Assembly (NCBI GenBank): GCA_039801245.1
Contig: JBDRUF010000001.1
Coordinates: 170 to 64,169, forward strand
DNA from: a candidate division WOR-3 bacterium
GTDB lineage: Bacteria > Hydrothermota > Tepidihabitantia > Tepidihabitantales > Tepidihabitantaceae
Length of the DNA: 64,000 nucleotides
Direction: 5' to 3'
Shown here: positions 19,483 to 30,353 of the stretch, in pieces
Position numbering within the stretch: position 1 is the stretch's first letter
How the letters are laid out: every line of letters starts with the position of its first letter
Made by a program: the position numbers and the translations under genes
The notes under the pieces: model-generated
What the model saw: the letters and a program-made list of their open reading frames with translations, nothing else
What the model was told of the DNA's origin: nothing
Databases searched by the model: none

Positions 19483-20172
19483 GTGAAACCTGCACCTGGT
19501 CTCTATATCGTTTCCACTCCCATAGGTAATCTTGGGGATATCACGCAGCGGGCTTTGGAAACCCTTGCCAATGTTGACGGCATCGTCTGTGAAGATACCC
19601 GTCGTACCGGTCTGCTTTTGAGACATTTCCGAATTCAAAACCGCTTGATTTCCTATCACGAATACAACAAGCTCCGTCGGACTCCGGAGATTCTTGAACT
19701 TTTGTCAAGAGGTCAGGCAATTGCGCTGGTAAGTGATGCGGGAACACCTGGTATCTCTGACCCCGGTTTTTATCTGATCAGGGCAGCAATTGAGAAGGGA
19801 TTCAGAATAATACCGGTTCCCGGTGCATCGGCGTTATTGGCAGCACTGGTAGTTTCAGGACTGCCTTCGGACAGGTTCGCTTTTGAAGGATTTTTACCCA
19901 AGCGCGCAGGTAGAAGGCGAAAGCGCTTGTTGGCGCTTGCCCAAGAGGAAAGGACGATGGTTTTCTGTGAATCGGCGCGGCGGGTTAAGCGCTTCCTCAG
20001 CGAGGCAAAAGAACTGTGGGGAGACCGAAAGGCGGTTGTTTGTCGGGAGTTAACGAAGAAATTTGAGGAGGTGTTGCGCGGTTCGGTGTCGCAATTACTT
20101 GAGCAGCTGGCAGAAAGAGAATTGAAGGGTGAGGTGATGGTGGTTATCGCTGGGTATGAGAAAAGAGACTAA
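19483..20172 (+). CDS. rsmI: 16S rRNA (cytidine1402-2'-O)-methyltransferase RsmI
   Basis: GLYIVSTPIGNLGDITQRALETL...VCEDTRRTG tetrapyrrole-methylase-like fold, typical of RsmI. Confidence 0.85.
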   Translation: MKPAPGLYIVSTPIGNLGDITQRALETLANVDGIVCEDTRRTGLLLRHFRIQNRLISYHEYNKLRRTPEILELLSRGQAIALVSDAGTPGISDPGFYLIRAAIEKGFRIIPVPGASALLAALVVSGLPSDRFAFEGFLPKRAGRRRKRLLALAQEERTMVFCESARRVKRFLSEAKELWGDRKAVVCRELTKKFEEVLRGSVSQLLEQLAERELKGEVMVVIAGYEKRD

Positions 20173-20734
20173 GGACAAAGGTAGAAGGATTTTGAGGCCG
20201 GTTGTCTTGTTGTTTGCTCGTTTGGGAATTAGCCCGAGTAGCGTGACGCTTGCAGCTATTCCTTTAAGCCTCGGCGCCGCATTTCTTTTTAAGTATGGTT
20301 TCTTTCCCTGGGCAGGGATTATTACCGGTCTAGTGGGTTTGTGTGATACGATTGATGGAGAGTTGTCCCGGTTAACTGGTAAGACCTCCTCAGCAGGAGC
20401 GATTCTGGATTCCACAATTGACCGCTTGAGCGAGGGGATTATTTTTATCGGCATCGCTTGGTATTATCTGGAGATTAACCACATTTTTGTGTTAATGACC
20501 CTCTTGGCGTCACTTTTTTCATTTATGGTGAGCTATGTTCGGGCGCGGTCAGAAGGGGTCGGCAGAGATTGCCAGGTAGGGTTTTTTGAACGACCGGTGC
20601 GGGTGGTGGTTCTGATGTTCAGCGCTATTGTTCTTGGTAAGCGGTATTTCCCCTTCGGGGTGGGGCTCATTTTTGCCGGCACGCTCTTTACCTTCGTTTA
20701 CCGACTCTTGTATGTATTGAGACCAAAGGCGTGA
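20156..20734 (+). CDS. CDP-alcohol phosphatidyltransferase family membrane protein
   Basis: D(x)2DG(x)2(A/S)R(x)8G(x)3D(x)3D motif present as CDTIDGELSRLTGKTSSAGAILDSTIDR. Multiple transmembrane segments. Confidence 0.65.
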   Translation: MRKETKDKGRRILRPVVLLFARLGISPSSVTLAAIPLSLGAAFLFKYGFFPWAGIITGLVGLCDTIDGELSRLTGKTSSAGAILDSTIDRLSEGIIFIGIAWYYLEINHIFVLMTLLASLFSFMVSYVRARSEGVGRDCQVGFFERPVRVVVLMFSAIVLGKRYFPFGVGLIFAGTLFTFVYRLLYVLRPKA

Positions 20735-21984
20735 TGAGTTCCCGAGTCTTACTTGTTGGCGTTGTGCGAGTATCGCGCCACCGCTGGGCAAAGGCGGATG
20801 CCCTCACAGAACTGGCAGCATTGGTCAAGACCGCTGGAGGAACTGTCGTGGAAAAGTTGATTCAGGTTCGAAGTCGTCTCGAACCGGCGACATTGATTGG
20901 GAAAGGCAAAGCCGAGGAGATAAAAGAGCTTTGCCGCAAATATGCAATCGACCTCGTAGTGTTTGAGGATGAACTTACTCCCACCCAACTGCGGAACCTT
21001 GAAGATATTATCGGCGTCCGGGTGATTGACCGGGCGGCGGTAATTCTTGATATATTTGCTATTCATGCCCGAACCGCCGAGGCAAAGGCACAGGTTGAAC
21101 TTGCCCAGTTGGAGTATATTAAGACCAGGCTTACCGGGCTCGGAGTCGAGATGTCCAGGTTGGGCGGCGGTATTGGCACAAGGGGTCCTGGTGAAACAAA
21201 ACTTGAGGTTGACCGACGGCGGATTGAGCAGCGGATAACGGTGTTGCGCCGGGAGTTAGCACGGATTGAAAGGGAGCGGCAGTTACAGCGCCGGCGCCGG
21301 AGTTCCATTTGGCAGATTGCCCTTGTCGGTTATACCAACGCAGGCAAGACAACCCTTTTTAACCGCCTTACTGGTGCCGATGCCAAGGTTTCGGACCAAC
21401 TTTTCGCTACACTTGATGCGACCACCAGATTATTTCCCCTGCACCCGGAGTTTGAGGCAGTTTTAACCGACACAGTTGGGTTTATCCGTAACCTGCCTTT
21501 ACAACTTGTCGCTTCATTTCGTTCAACGCTGGCAGAAATTAATGAGGCGGACTTGATCCTCCATGTCGCCGATGTCACCGAGCCTCAGGTTGAATCTCAG
21601 ATAGATACCGTGAAAGAAACACTGACCGCAATTGGGGCAGGTGAAAAACCCACTATCTTGGTCTTTAACAAAATTGATCGAGCGGTTGACGAGACCACGA
21701 TTTTTCGACTCAAAGAGCGTTATCCGGCTGGTGTGTTTGTTTCGGCATTAACCGGTGACGGGGTGAAAGAGCTCAAGGATGTAATCTGGGATTATGTTGA
21801 GAGGCGGATGGTTGTTAGGACGTTTACCATTCCGGAAAATCGCTGGGATTTGGTTGTTAAGATTAAAAGGAGCGGTCTTTTAGTTTCTGAGCGGGTGTTT
21901 GACGGCAGGCGGCAAGTTAAGCTAAAAGGTTTCCCCGCTCACTTGGGAAGGTTACGCAAAGAGCTGAAGCGGGTGTTAATCTAA
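20731..21984 (+). CDS. hflX: GTPase HflX
   Basis: HflX N-domain GTRGPGETKLEVDRRRI. G-domain GYTNAGKTTLFNRLTG, DTVGF, NKID. Confidence 0.9.
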   Translation: MMSSRVLLVGVVRVSRHRWAKADALTELAALVKTAGGTVVEKLIQVRSRLEPATLIGKGKAEEIKELCRKYAIDLVVFEDELTPTQLRNLEDIIGVRVIDRAAVILDIFAIHARTAEAKAQVELAQLEYIKTRLTGLGVEMSRLGGGIGTRGPGETKLEVDRRRIEQRITVLRRELARIERERQLQRRRRSSIWQIALVGYTNAGKTTLFNRLTGADAKVSDQLFATLDATTRLFPLHPEFEAVLTDTVGFIRNLPLQLVASFRSTLAEINEADLILHVADVTEPQVESQIDTVKETLTAIGAGEKPTILVFNKIDRAVDETTIFRLKERYPAGVFVSALTGDGVKELKDVIWDYVERRMVVRTFTIPENRWDLVVKIKRSGLLVSERVFDGRRQVKLKGFPAHLGRLRKELKRVLI

Positions 21985-22004
21985 CGAGAGAGCTAACTTA
22001 GCCT

Positions 22005-22190
22005 TTACTCGACTTTTATCGCACTTGCCGGGCAGTCTTCAGCTGCCTGTTGAACACATTCTTCAGCGGCCTCAGGCACAATATCCACCTTGACCCGGGC
22101 AACGTCGCCGTTGAGTTCAAAAATGTCCGGGCAGGTGTCTGCACACAAACCGCAACCGGTGCAAAGTTCTGTGTCAATCGATGCCTTCAC
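22005..22190 (-). CDS. Small [4Fe-4S] ferredoxin (GTG start giving MKASIDTELCTGCGLC)
   Basis: CTGCGLCADTCP ... CPASAI matches the single-cluster Thermotoga/Pyrococcus ferredoxin type. aaggagg RBS sits 5 nt before the GTG. The ORF-table ATG at 22235 is probably too far upstream. Confidence 0.7.
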   Translation of the reverse strand: MKASIDTELCTGCGLCADTCPDIFELNGDVARVKVDIVPEAAEECVQQAAEDCPASAIKVE

Positions 22191-22248
22191 GATGCCTCCT
22201 TTTTTATTATATTTTCCATTAAATCTTTTACCCAAAACTCTGCTGATG

Positions 22249-23332
22249 TCAAGAAATTTTTTGTGTCAGATAGGCGTGGACAAAGCCTTCGATATGGCCG
22301 CTAAGAACCGACTCCACATCTCGGGTCTCATAGCCGGTGCGATGATCCTTCACCAATTGGTAAGGGAAAAGGATGTAGGAGCGAATCTGATGCCCCCAAG
22401 CGATATCGGTTTTTGACTCCTCAAATTTTTTCAGTTCGCTTTCTTGCTCGCGCCGGTAATACTCATAAAGGCGGGAGCGAAGGACCTTGAGGGCGTTCTG
22501 CTTGTTCTGAAACTGGGAGCGTTCGTTCTGGCAGGTAACGACGATGCCAGTGGGGATATGGGTAATCCGCACTGCGGAACTGACCTTGTTGACATTCTGT
22601 CCACCATGCCCGCCCGCACGAAAGGTATCGATCTTTAAGTCATTGGGGTTGATTTCAACCTCAATCTCATCTACCACCGGCAGGACCGAAACAGCGGCAA
22701 AACTGGTATGGCGTCTGCGATTGGCATCAAATGGTGATATCCGAACCAGCCGATGCACCCCCATTTCTGATTTCAACAGACCGAAGGCATATGGTCCGGT
22801 AACTTCAAGTGTTACATCCTTGATGCCTGCCTCCTCATTGGGCTGAAAGTCAAGGATTTCATACTTCAACCCCTGATTTTCAATATATCGGGTGTAGAGG
22901 CGAAAAAGCATCTCTGCCCAGTCACAGGATTCGGTGCCGCCAGCACCAGGATGAATGGAGAGGATTGCACTGCGATTGTCCTCTGGCGAGTTGAAAAGGG
23001 CGCGCTCCTCAAGCGCTTCGAGGTCATGCTCAATTTTATTTAAGTGTTCGGTTAGCTCCTGCAGGGTATTCGCCTCGGTCTCATCCGCAAAGAGGGTGGT
23101 AAGTTCCTTCGTTTCGTTTATCTCTTTAGTAAGCTTATCAACACGGTTAACCAGGTCGTTGAGCATGGCGATGCGACGCATTACCACCTGCGCCTCGCGC
23201 GGTGAGTTCCAGAATTCCGGTCGGGTAGATTCGGTGTTGAGTCTTATCAGTTCGGCACGGAGGGCATTAATGTCAAAGAAACTCCGCAAGTTTCTGCAAA
23301 CGCTCGCTCAGGGCGGTGAGTCTTTCGGTCAC
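22249..23332 (-). CDS. prfB: Peptide chain release factor 2, with programmed +1 ribosomal frameshift
   Basis: SPF and GGQ motifs. Frame 0 from GTG at 23332 encodes [19 protein letters not shown] and then in-frame TGA at 23275-23273, in the context GGAG TTT CTT TGA C. A +1 shift continues as [12 protein letters not shown].... The annotated TTG at 23289 is an artefact of this. Confidence 0.9.
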
Positions 23333-23341
23333 GGCTGGGGT

Positions 23342-23563
23342 TTATTTCGTTTCCTTTTCAGCAGCGCCTTTGCGATAGCGGCGGCGGAACTTCTCAACCC
23401 GTCCGGCGGTATCAACGATCTTCTGTTTGCCGGTAAAGAAGGGATGACAGGCAGAGCAGATTTCCACATGGAGTTTGGGTCGGGTTGAGCGGGTCTTGAA
23501 GGTGTTACCACAGGCACAGGTAACGATACATTCGCCATAGGGTGGGTGAATCTTTGGTTTCAT
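23342..23563 (-). CDS. rpmE: 50S ribosomal protein L31
   Basis: MKPKIHPPY...[13 protein letters not shown] signature. 73 aa. Confidence 0.9.
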   Translation of the reverse strand: MKPKIHPPYGECIVTCACGNTFKTRSTRPKLHVEICSACHPFFTGKQKIVDTAGRVEKFRRRYRKGAAEKETK

Positions 23564-23575
23564 TTTAATTCTCCT

Positions 23576-24847
23576 TTAGCCTTCACTCATTGACTCTAAG
23601 AACTCCTTATTGTGCCGGGTGAGGCGCATCTTGTCAAGAACGAACTCCATCATCTCCACCGGATTGAGTTCGGCAAGGAGTTTGCGCAAAACCCAGATGC
23701 GGTTGAGTTCAAATTCGGTTAACAGGAGTTCCTCCTTGCGGGTGCCTGAACGCTGCAGATCAATTGCCGGAAAGATTCTGCGGTCAGCGAGCCGGCGGTC
23801 AAGGATGAGTTCCATATTCCCGGTTCCCTTGAACTCCTCAAAGATGACCTCATCCATCCTTGAGCCGGTTTCAATTAGGGCGGTGGCAATCACGGTGAGG
23901 CTACCACCCTCCTCAATGTTGCGGGCAGAGCCAAAGAACTTCTTCGGCTTCTGCAGGGCATTGGAGTCCAGTCCGCCAGAAAGGGTGCGACCAGAATGGG
24001 GAACAACCAGGTTGTGGGCGCGGGCGAGTCTGGTAATGGAGTCAAGGAGGATAACGACATCCTGCTTGCTCTCGACCAGGCGTTTTGCCTTTTCCAAGAC
24101 CATATCCGCTACCTGGACATGCCTTTCCGGCACCTCATCAAAGGTGGAACTTATCACCTCTGCTTTAACCGACCGTTCCATATCGGTCACCTCTTCGGGA
24201 CGTTCGTCAATCAAGAGGATGATGAGTTTGATCTCCGGATGGTTGATGGTAATGGAGTTGGCGATTTTCTGGAGTAGTACTGTCTTGCCAGCACGGGGTG
24301 GCGAGACGATGAGTCCGCGCTGTCCTTTGCCGATCGGCGTGAAGAGGTCAACAACCCGCATTGACAGGTCGTTACGCTCCGGGACTTCAAGATGGATGCG
24401 TTCCTGCGGATATAAGGGGGTGAGGGCATCAAAGGGTATGCGCGGTCTTTCACCAGTAAGTGGTGAGCCGTTCACGGTCTCAATCTTCAAAAGGGCAAAG
24501 TAGCGCTCGCTGTTCTTTGGTGGTCGGGCAACACCGGTAATGGTATCACCGGTGCGCAGCCCGAAACGCTTTATCTGGGAGGGGGAGACGTAGATGTCAT
24601 CAGATGAGGGCAGATAACTGTATTCGGGTGAGCGGAGAAAGCCGAACCCCTCCTCAAGGATTTCAAGGACACCGTCAACCTGGACACCACCTTCGCCACC
24701 TTCGGTTGCCCGCTGCCGGGCTTCGGCTTCAAGGATTGCCATAATCAATCCGGGCTTCCTTTTTTCCCGGTAGTCCGGGATGTTCAAGGATTCGGCAATT
24801 TCGTACAGTTCGGTTATCTTTTTGTTTTTAAGTTCTTCCTGAGTCAT
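23576..24847 (-). CDS. rho: Transcription termination factor Rho
   Basis: N-terminal [17 protein letters not shown]-binding domain, and P-loop [12 protein letters not shown]. Confidence 0.95.
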   Translation of the reverse strand: MTQEELKNKKITELYEIAESLNIPDYREKRKPGLIMAILEAEARQRATEGGEGGVQVDGVLEILEEGFGFLRSPEYSYLPSSDDIYVSPSQIKRFGLRTGDTITGVARPPKNSERYFALLKIETVNGSPLTGERPRIPFDALTPLYPQERIHLEVPERNDLSMRVVDLFTPIGKGQRGLIVSPPRAGKTVLLQKIANSITINHPEIKLIILLIDERPEEVTDMERSVKAEVISSTFDEVPERHVQVADMVLEKAKRLVESKQDVVILLDSITRLARAHNLVVPHSGRTLSGGLDSNALQKPKKFFGSARNIEEGGSLTVIATALIETGSRMDEVIFEEFKGTGNMELILDRRLADRRIFPAIDLQRSGTRKEELLLTEFELNRIWVLRKLLAELNPVEMMEFVLDKMRLTRHNKEFLESMSEG

Positions 24848-24959
24848 AGTTGCTCCTTTAGATAAGCCTGATTTCTCATCTCCCTGATTGGAGGTTATGC
24901 CAATAACCGGGAGCAGTTCCTTAGAATTTCGCCAAGGATGACATCAGATTACCTGGTTA

Positions 24960-24987
24960 ATTATATCACCCCTGATATTTTTGTCAA
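24960..24987 (-). promoter_or_regulatory. Consensus sigma-70 promoter for rho (TTGACA-16-TATAAT on the minus strand)
   Basis: Plus-strand attata at 24960-24965 and tgtcaa at 24982-24987. Perfect -35 and -10 hexamers. A second TTGACA-17-ATAATT lies ~60 nt further upstream (~25015-25045). Leader of ~105 nt. Confidence 0.55.
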
Positions 24988-25060
24988 GAAAATTTAGTGG
25001 CAAATAAATTATCCCCGGTATAGAGACGGTGTCAAAGACTAATTAGGGAAACTGGTGACC

Positions 25061-26341
25061 TTACCTTATTCTGATCAGCCGCTGGTTATAAACCGCATCA
25101 CCTATCTGCAACCGACAGATGAAGACGTCACCACAACCCGTTTCAGGGACAAAAACCGTTTGGTAATCACCCGGCAGCAGTACCGAATTAATCAGGCAGG
25201 CGACGCTTCTGCCACTTACATCATACACCTTCAAGACCACCTGATTCCTTTGCTTTAACTGAAAACCGAGTAGTAATACATCTCGGAAATATGTCCTTAC
25301 TCCGGTAAAAGGAGTGTCCAACCGTGCCCGGGCTTCCATTTCTGAAGTCCCGTGCGGACCCGTGTACAAGAGATACGCTTCATCCCTCCCTGTGGCAGCA
25401 TTATAACCTCTGCCGGCAATAAATCTGCCGTCGGGCGAAATCGCCATCGCATCACGGAGAACCGACCCTGGTGTTAATAGCTCTGAATAGGTAACATTCA
25501 GATCCTCCATTCCGCCCGACTCGGTCCAACGGAAAGCGCCCCAGTTGCCCTCAGATCTTTCTGACCAGCCCACTGCAATTGAACCGTCATAATTTGCCGC
25601 CCAGGCTTCTCCCCATTCACCCCCAAGTGTTCCAAGGTCATGCATACCGGTGGTTTGGGTCCAACGGAAAGGTCGGCACGGCGTCATTGACTGGGGACCC
25701 CAGGCGCCCACAGCCACCTGCCCGTCACCTGATACCCCAATCCCTTCGCTCTGGTCAAAGCTGGGATTATGAATGTCCACCATCTGCCCGTTTTCCCAGC
25801 GGAAAGCATGGTGAATCATATTTTCAAACCCGGACCAGCCCACCACTACACCACCGTCAAGGGATATAGCCCGACCGACACTCCGCAGCGCTCCCGGCAG
25901 CACGCCCAGGTCCTGCATTCCAGAATCAGGGGTCCAGCGGAACGCATGGTTGTAATCAGAGGAATGTTCGGCGCTACCAGCAACTGCAGAACCATCCTTG
26001 GATGCGGCATAAGCCCAGCTCACTCTGCCGCCGAGAGTGCCCAATATAATCAATGAATCACCCCGGCGCCAGAAACCACGGTAATCATTGTTTCCGTCAA
26101 CAAAACCCGTGCCCACAACTACACTGCCGTCCCCGGACAGACCCCAGACTTCACAGTCCCGGCCGGACACCAGTGGTGGCAAGGCAACCATTCCCGAATC
26201 CGCTGTCCAGCGCCACGCATAATGCGGGCTGTAAACACCAGCCCAGCCCGCAACTACACCGCCATCCGCCGAAACACCATGGCACTCAGCATAAGGGGTG
26301 CCGAGCGAACCGAGCCAAGTAAGACTGGCTGCGGAACACAT
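25061..26341 (-). CDS. HAF-family extracellular repeat protein with T9SS-type C-terminal sorting domain; N-terminal signal peptide out of frame
   Basis: About seven repeats of the form A.RWT.DSGMQDLG.LPG...S.A.AIS.DG.VVVG.S. C-terminal VLKVYDVSGRSV...LPGDYQTVF...YNQRLIRI resembles the T9SS CTD. See the finding on the frameshift at 26363-26368. Confidence 0.55.
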   Translation of the reverse strand: MCSAASLTWLGSLGTPYAECHGVSADGGVVAGWAGVYSPHYAWRWTADSGMVALPPLVSGRDCEVWGLSGDGSVVVGTGFVDGNNDYRGFWRRGDSLIILGTLGGRVSWAYAASKDGSAVAGSAEHSSDYNHAFRWTPDSGMQDLGVLPGALRSVGRAISLDGGVVVGWSGFENMIHHAFRWENGQMVDIHNPSFDQSEGIGVSGDGQVAVGAWGPQSMTPCRPFRWTQTTGMHDLGTLGGEWGEAWAANYDGSIAVGWSERSEGNWGAFRWTESGGMEDLNVTYSELLTPGSVLRDAMAISPDGRFIAGRGYNAATGRDEAYLLYTGPHGTSEMEARARLDTPFTGVRTYFRDVLLLGFQLKQRNQVVLKVYDVSGRSVACLINSVLLPGDYQTVFVPETGCGDVFICRLQIGDAVYNQRLIRIR

Positions 26342-26395
26342 CGCAACTATGACCAGCCAAGCAAAAAAGTCCTTTTCATGATACCTACTGTTTTA

Positions 26396-26890
26396 TCACA
26401 ACCTGCCCAGCTCCACCAAAAGACCGAGGCCGGGTGAAAGTCCAGTTGGGACAAACATCATCCCGGGGTCAAAGTGATATTTCAGTTCACCGCTCAAACA
26501 TAGCCTGACCTGCTCACTGCCGGCAATTCGCATCTTGCCCCCAAAATCAATAAACAGTGGTACACTACCCCGTTGCACCGGGTCATAAACCCCGCTCTTC
26601 ATGCCAACGGCAAAGTTTCCGCCCAGAAAAACAAAAAAGGTGCTTCCTTCCGGCTGATAACCCACAAGCAACCCGAATACACCTTTGTTATAACGGCTGG
26701 TAACAAGTGCCCGGTCATAGGAGACCCCGACAATCCCCGAAAAAACCGACCTGATACCGGCAAATGTATAACCTGCAGACTGGGTCAAGCCGGTTTGAAA
26801 ATTAATCGCCATCAGCGACTTGGCGCTGACCCCTGCCGGCAGGAGTAGCACCGCCAGCACCCCGGCAACAAGCAGCCTTCCCTTTCTCAT
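26396..26890 (-). CDS. Hypothetical secreted protein, possible small OM beta-barrel
   Basis: Signal peptide MRKGRLLVAGVLAVLLLPAGVSA. Gly/aromatic-rich alternating pattern. 4-nt overlap with the upstream lipoprotein gene. Confidence 0.35.
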   Translation of the reverse strand: MRKGRLLVAGVLAVLLLPAGVSAKSLMAINFQTGLTQSAGYTFAGIRSVFSGIVGVSYDRALVTSRYNKGVFGLLVGYQPEGSTFFVFLGGNFAVGMKSGVYDPVQRGSVPLFIDFGGKMRIAGSEQVRLCLSGELKYHFDPGMMFVPTGLSPGLGLLVELGRL

Positions 26891-27564
26891 TTCCCGCCTC
26901 CGCCATCCACAAATAAATTAACCGACTCCAAGTCCTTATACTTCGGTATATAGGAATCATACTCCCGGACAATCCCGTAACCCTCGGCAAACCAGCGCAC
27001 CAGTTTCCAGTAAAGTCGCTTCTGCTTATTAATATACCACTCGTAATAGTCATAAAAGTTCAGCTCCACCTTCACCGCCTTAAACTCGCCGGCAGGCACC
27101 CGCACCGTATCCAGTGAAGTCTCTGCCTCCAGCCGGGTGTCAACCGGCCATCCATTGCCATCCATGAGCGCCACCTTCTCCACCACCCAACCCTTGCCCG
27201 GTTCAACCGGAAAAAGCAGTGTCGGATAAAACTCATAACCGGTATAATCATAAACCCCGCTCGCATCAACATAAAAATAGGTCCACCACGAGCCCGAAGA
27301 GCCCGGGTAAAAGTTAAGGGTCCTGATCACCTCAATCTCAATCTCCTTGCCGGAACTGTTCTCATATCTCATCCGCTCCCAGTCCTGCTGAACCCGGCTA
27401 TAGGACCAGCGGAAATTCGGTGACCGCGTCTCATACATCTGATAAATCCACTGCCCCCGCTCGGGGAAATACTCCGGACCTTTCAACTTTGCTACCGGAT
27501 TTAAATTCTTGCAACCGGTAAAGGAGATTAACAGTACTGCAGACCAGATTATAACTTTTCTCAC
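26887..27564 (-). CDS. Hypothetical lipoprotein
   Basis: Signal peptide with lipobox LISFTGC. Confidence 0.4.
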   Translation of the reverse strand: MRKVIIWSAVLLISFTGCKNLNPVAKLKGPEYFPERGQWIYQMYETRSPNFRWSYSRVQQDWERMRYENSSGKEIEIEVIRTLNFYPGSSGSWWTYFYVDASGVYDYTGYEFYPTLLFPVEPGKGWVVEKVALMDGNGWPVDTRLEAETSLDTVRVPAGEFKAVKVELNFYDYYEWYINKQKRLYWKLVRWFAEGYGIVREYDSYIPKYKDLESVNLFVDGGGGK

Positions 27565-27992
27565 TTTTACCTCCGATCCGATTTGAATGGATGCTCATAT
27601 TGTGCACAATGAAAATTAGGGTTATCTTTGATTATAACCGCCAAGTTTTGCATTTTGGAGGATATTAACATACTTATTTAAACTGTCAAATTTTTACTAA
27701 GTCAATAATCTATTTATTTCCCCTGTGTGGTCAATTCCCCATTATTATATCTCCGCTATGGATACGCCAAGTGTCAGAACACCTTGGACATTTCCCTTTT
27801 CTCATAGCCACATTTTACCCTTTTAAGGTGGCTGTTTTCAGAGACCACCATAATTATACTTATAGGTATACAAAATGGCTGGGGAGATTGGCATAGTGCC
27901 TTGAATTTCAAAATTTTAGGGATAAATATCATAGAATTTTAGCACGCGTCCCCTCCACCCTCCCCCTAACCATTTTTCCCAGTGTCTTTTGA

Positions 27993-29168
<1,176 letters not shown>

Positions 29169-29171
29169 GGG

Positions 29172-30353
29172 ATGCCCAAACTTTCGGTGAAGGCGCTTGA
29201 CACACTCGGGAGAAGGGTTTTTGTGCGGGTGGATTTCAATTGCCCTTTGAATGAGCGGGGTGAGATTACCGATGACAGTCGAATTCGCGCGTCAGTGCCA
29301 ACGATTGAGCTTCTACTAAATAAGGGGGCGACGGTTGTTTTGGGCTCACATTTGGGCAAACCAAAAGGCAAGCCTGACAAAAAATTCAGCCTTAAAGTGG
29401 TGGCGGAGCGTCTTGAACAACTTTTGGGCAAAAGGGTCTATTTTGCGCCGGACTGCGTTGGGTTTGAGGTGGTGAGGTTCCTCAAGGATGTGCCCGCTAA
29501 GGGTCTTGTCCTTTTAGAGAACCTGCGGTTTCATCCGGGTGAGGAAAGGAACAGCCCGGAATTTGCCAAGGCGCTGGCTTCACTGGTTGACCTCTATGTC
29601 AACGATGCCTTTGGAACTGCCCATCGGGCACATGCATCCACCGTTGGAATGGCAAGGTTTTTTTCGCAACCGGCTGCCGGTCTTCTCCTGGAAAAGGAGC
29701 TTTATTATCTTTCGCCTTTGCTTGGTAATCCTACTAGACCTTTTGTGGTGGTAATCGGGGGTGCCAAGGTTTCAGACAAGGCAGGGGTGATAAGGAATCT
29801 TTTACCTAAGGTGGACAGACTTTTGCTTGGTGGGGGTGTTGCCTTTAACTTTCTTTTAGCGCAGGGGGTTTCAATCGGCAGGTCAATATGTGAGCCCGAT
29901 TTATTAAAAGATATTAGTGATCTGAAGGATGACCCGCGGCTGGTTGTACCGGTGGATGTGGTGGTGGCAAAAAATGCCGGTGTTTTGGAAGGCAAAAATG
30001 TGAGGGTGGAGGAGATTGGACCAGAGGATATTGGGCTGGATATTGGCAAGGAGACCGCTGGCATCTTCAGTGAGATAATTACGGGGGCAAAGACGGTTGT
30101 TTGGGCAGGACCTATGGGTATGTTTGAGAAAGAGCCGTTTGCCCAGGGGACATTTGCTGTTGCTGAAGCGATGGCAAGGGCGACAGCATTAGGGGCAACA
30201 ACGATTGTCGGTGGCGGCGATACCGGGGCGGCGGTGAGAAGGGCGGGATTGGACAATAGGATGAGCCACATCTCAACCGGTGGTGGAGCAACACTTGAGT
30301 TTCTTGAGGGGAAGGTACTGCCGGGTGTTGCCGTTTTGGCTGAGGCGGAGTGA
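29172..30353 (+). CDS. pgk: Phosphoglycerate kinase
   Basis: RVDFNCPL, GGGVAFNFL and GGGDT motifs; full length. Confidence 0.95.
   Translation: MPKLSVKALDTLGRRVFVRVDFNCPLNERGEITDDSRIRASVPTIELLLNKGATVVLGSHLGKPKGKPDKKFSLKVVAERLEQLLGKRVYFAPDCVGFEVVRFLKDVPAKGLVLLENLRFHPGEERNSPEFAKALASLVDLYVNDAFGTAHRAHASTVGMARFFSQPAAGLLLEKELYYLSPLLGNPTRPFVVVIGGAKVSDKAGVIRNLLPKVDRLLLGGGVAFNFLLAQGVSIGRSICEPDLLKDISDLKDDPRLVVPVDVVVAKNAGVLEGKNVRVEEIGPEDIGLDIGKETAGIFSEIITGAKTVVWAGPMGMFEKEPFAQGTFAVAEAMARATALGATTIVGGGDTGAAVRRAGLDNRMSHISTGGGATLEFLEGKVLPGVAVLAEAE

Noticed and set aside
23610-24503. 297-aa plus-strand ORF and others antisense to rho, pgk (29705-30271), the 1328-aa gene (42176-42913, 42429-42896), dnaK and mutS2
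   Set aside because: They lie on the opposite strand from high-confidence conserved genes and have low-complexity Arg/Ser/Pro-rich translations typical of antisense frames in GC-rich coding DNA.
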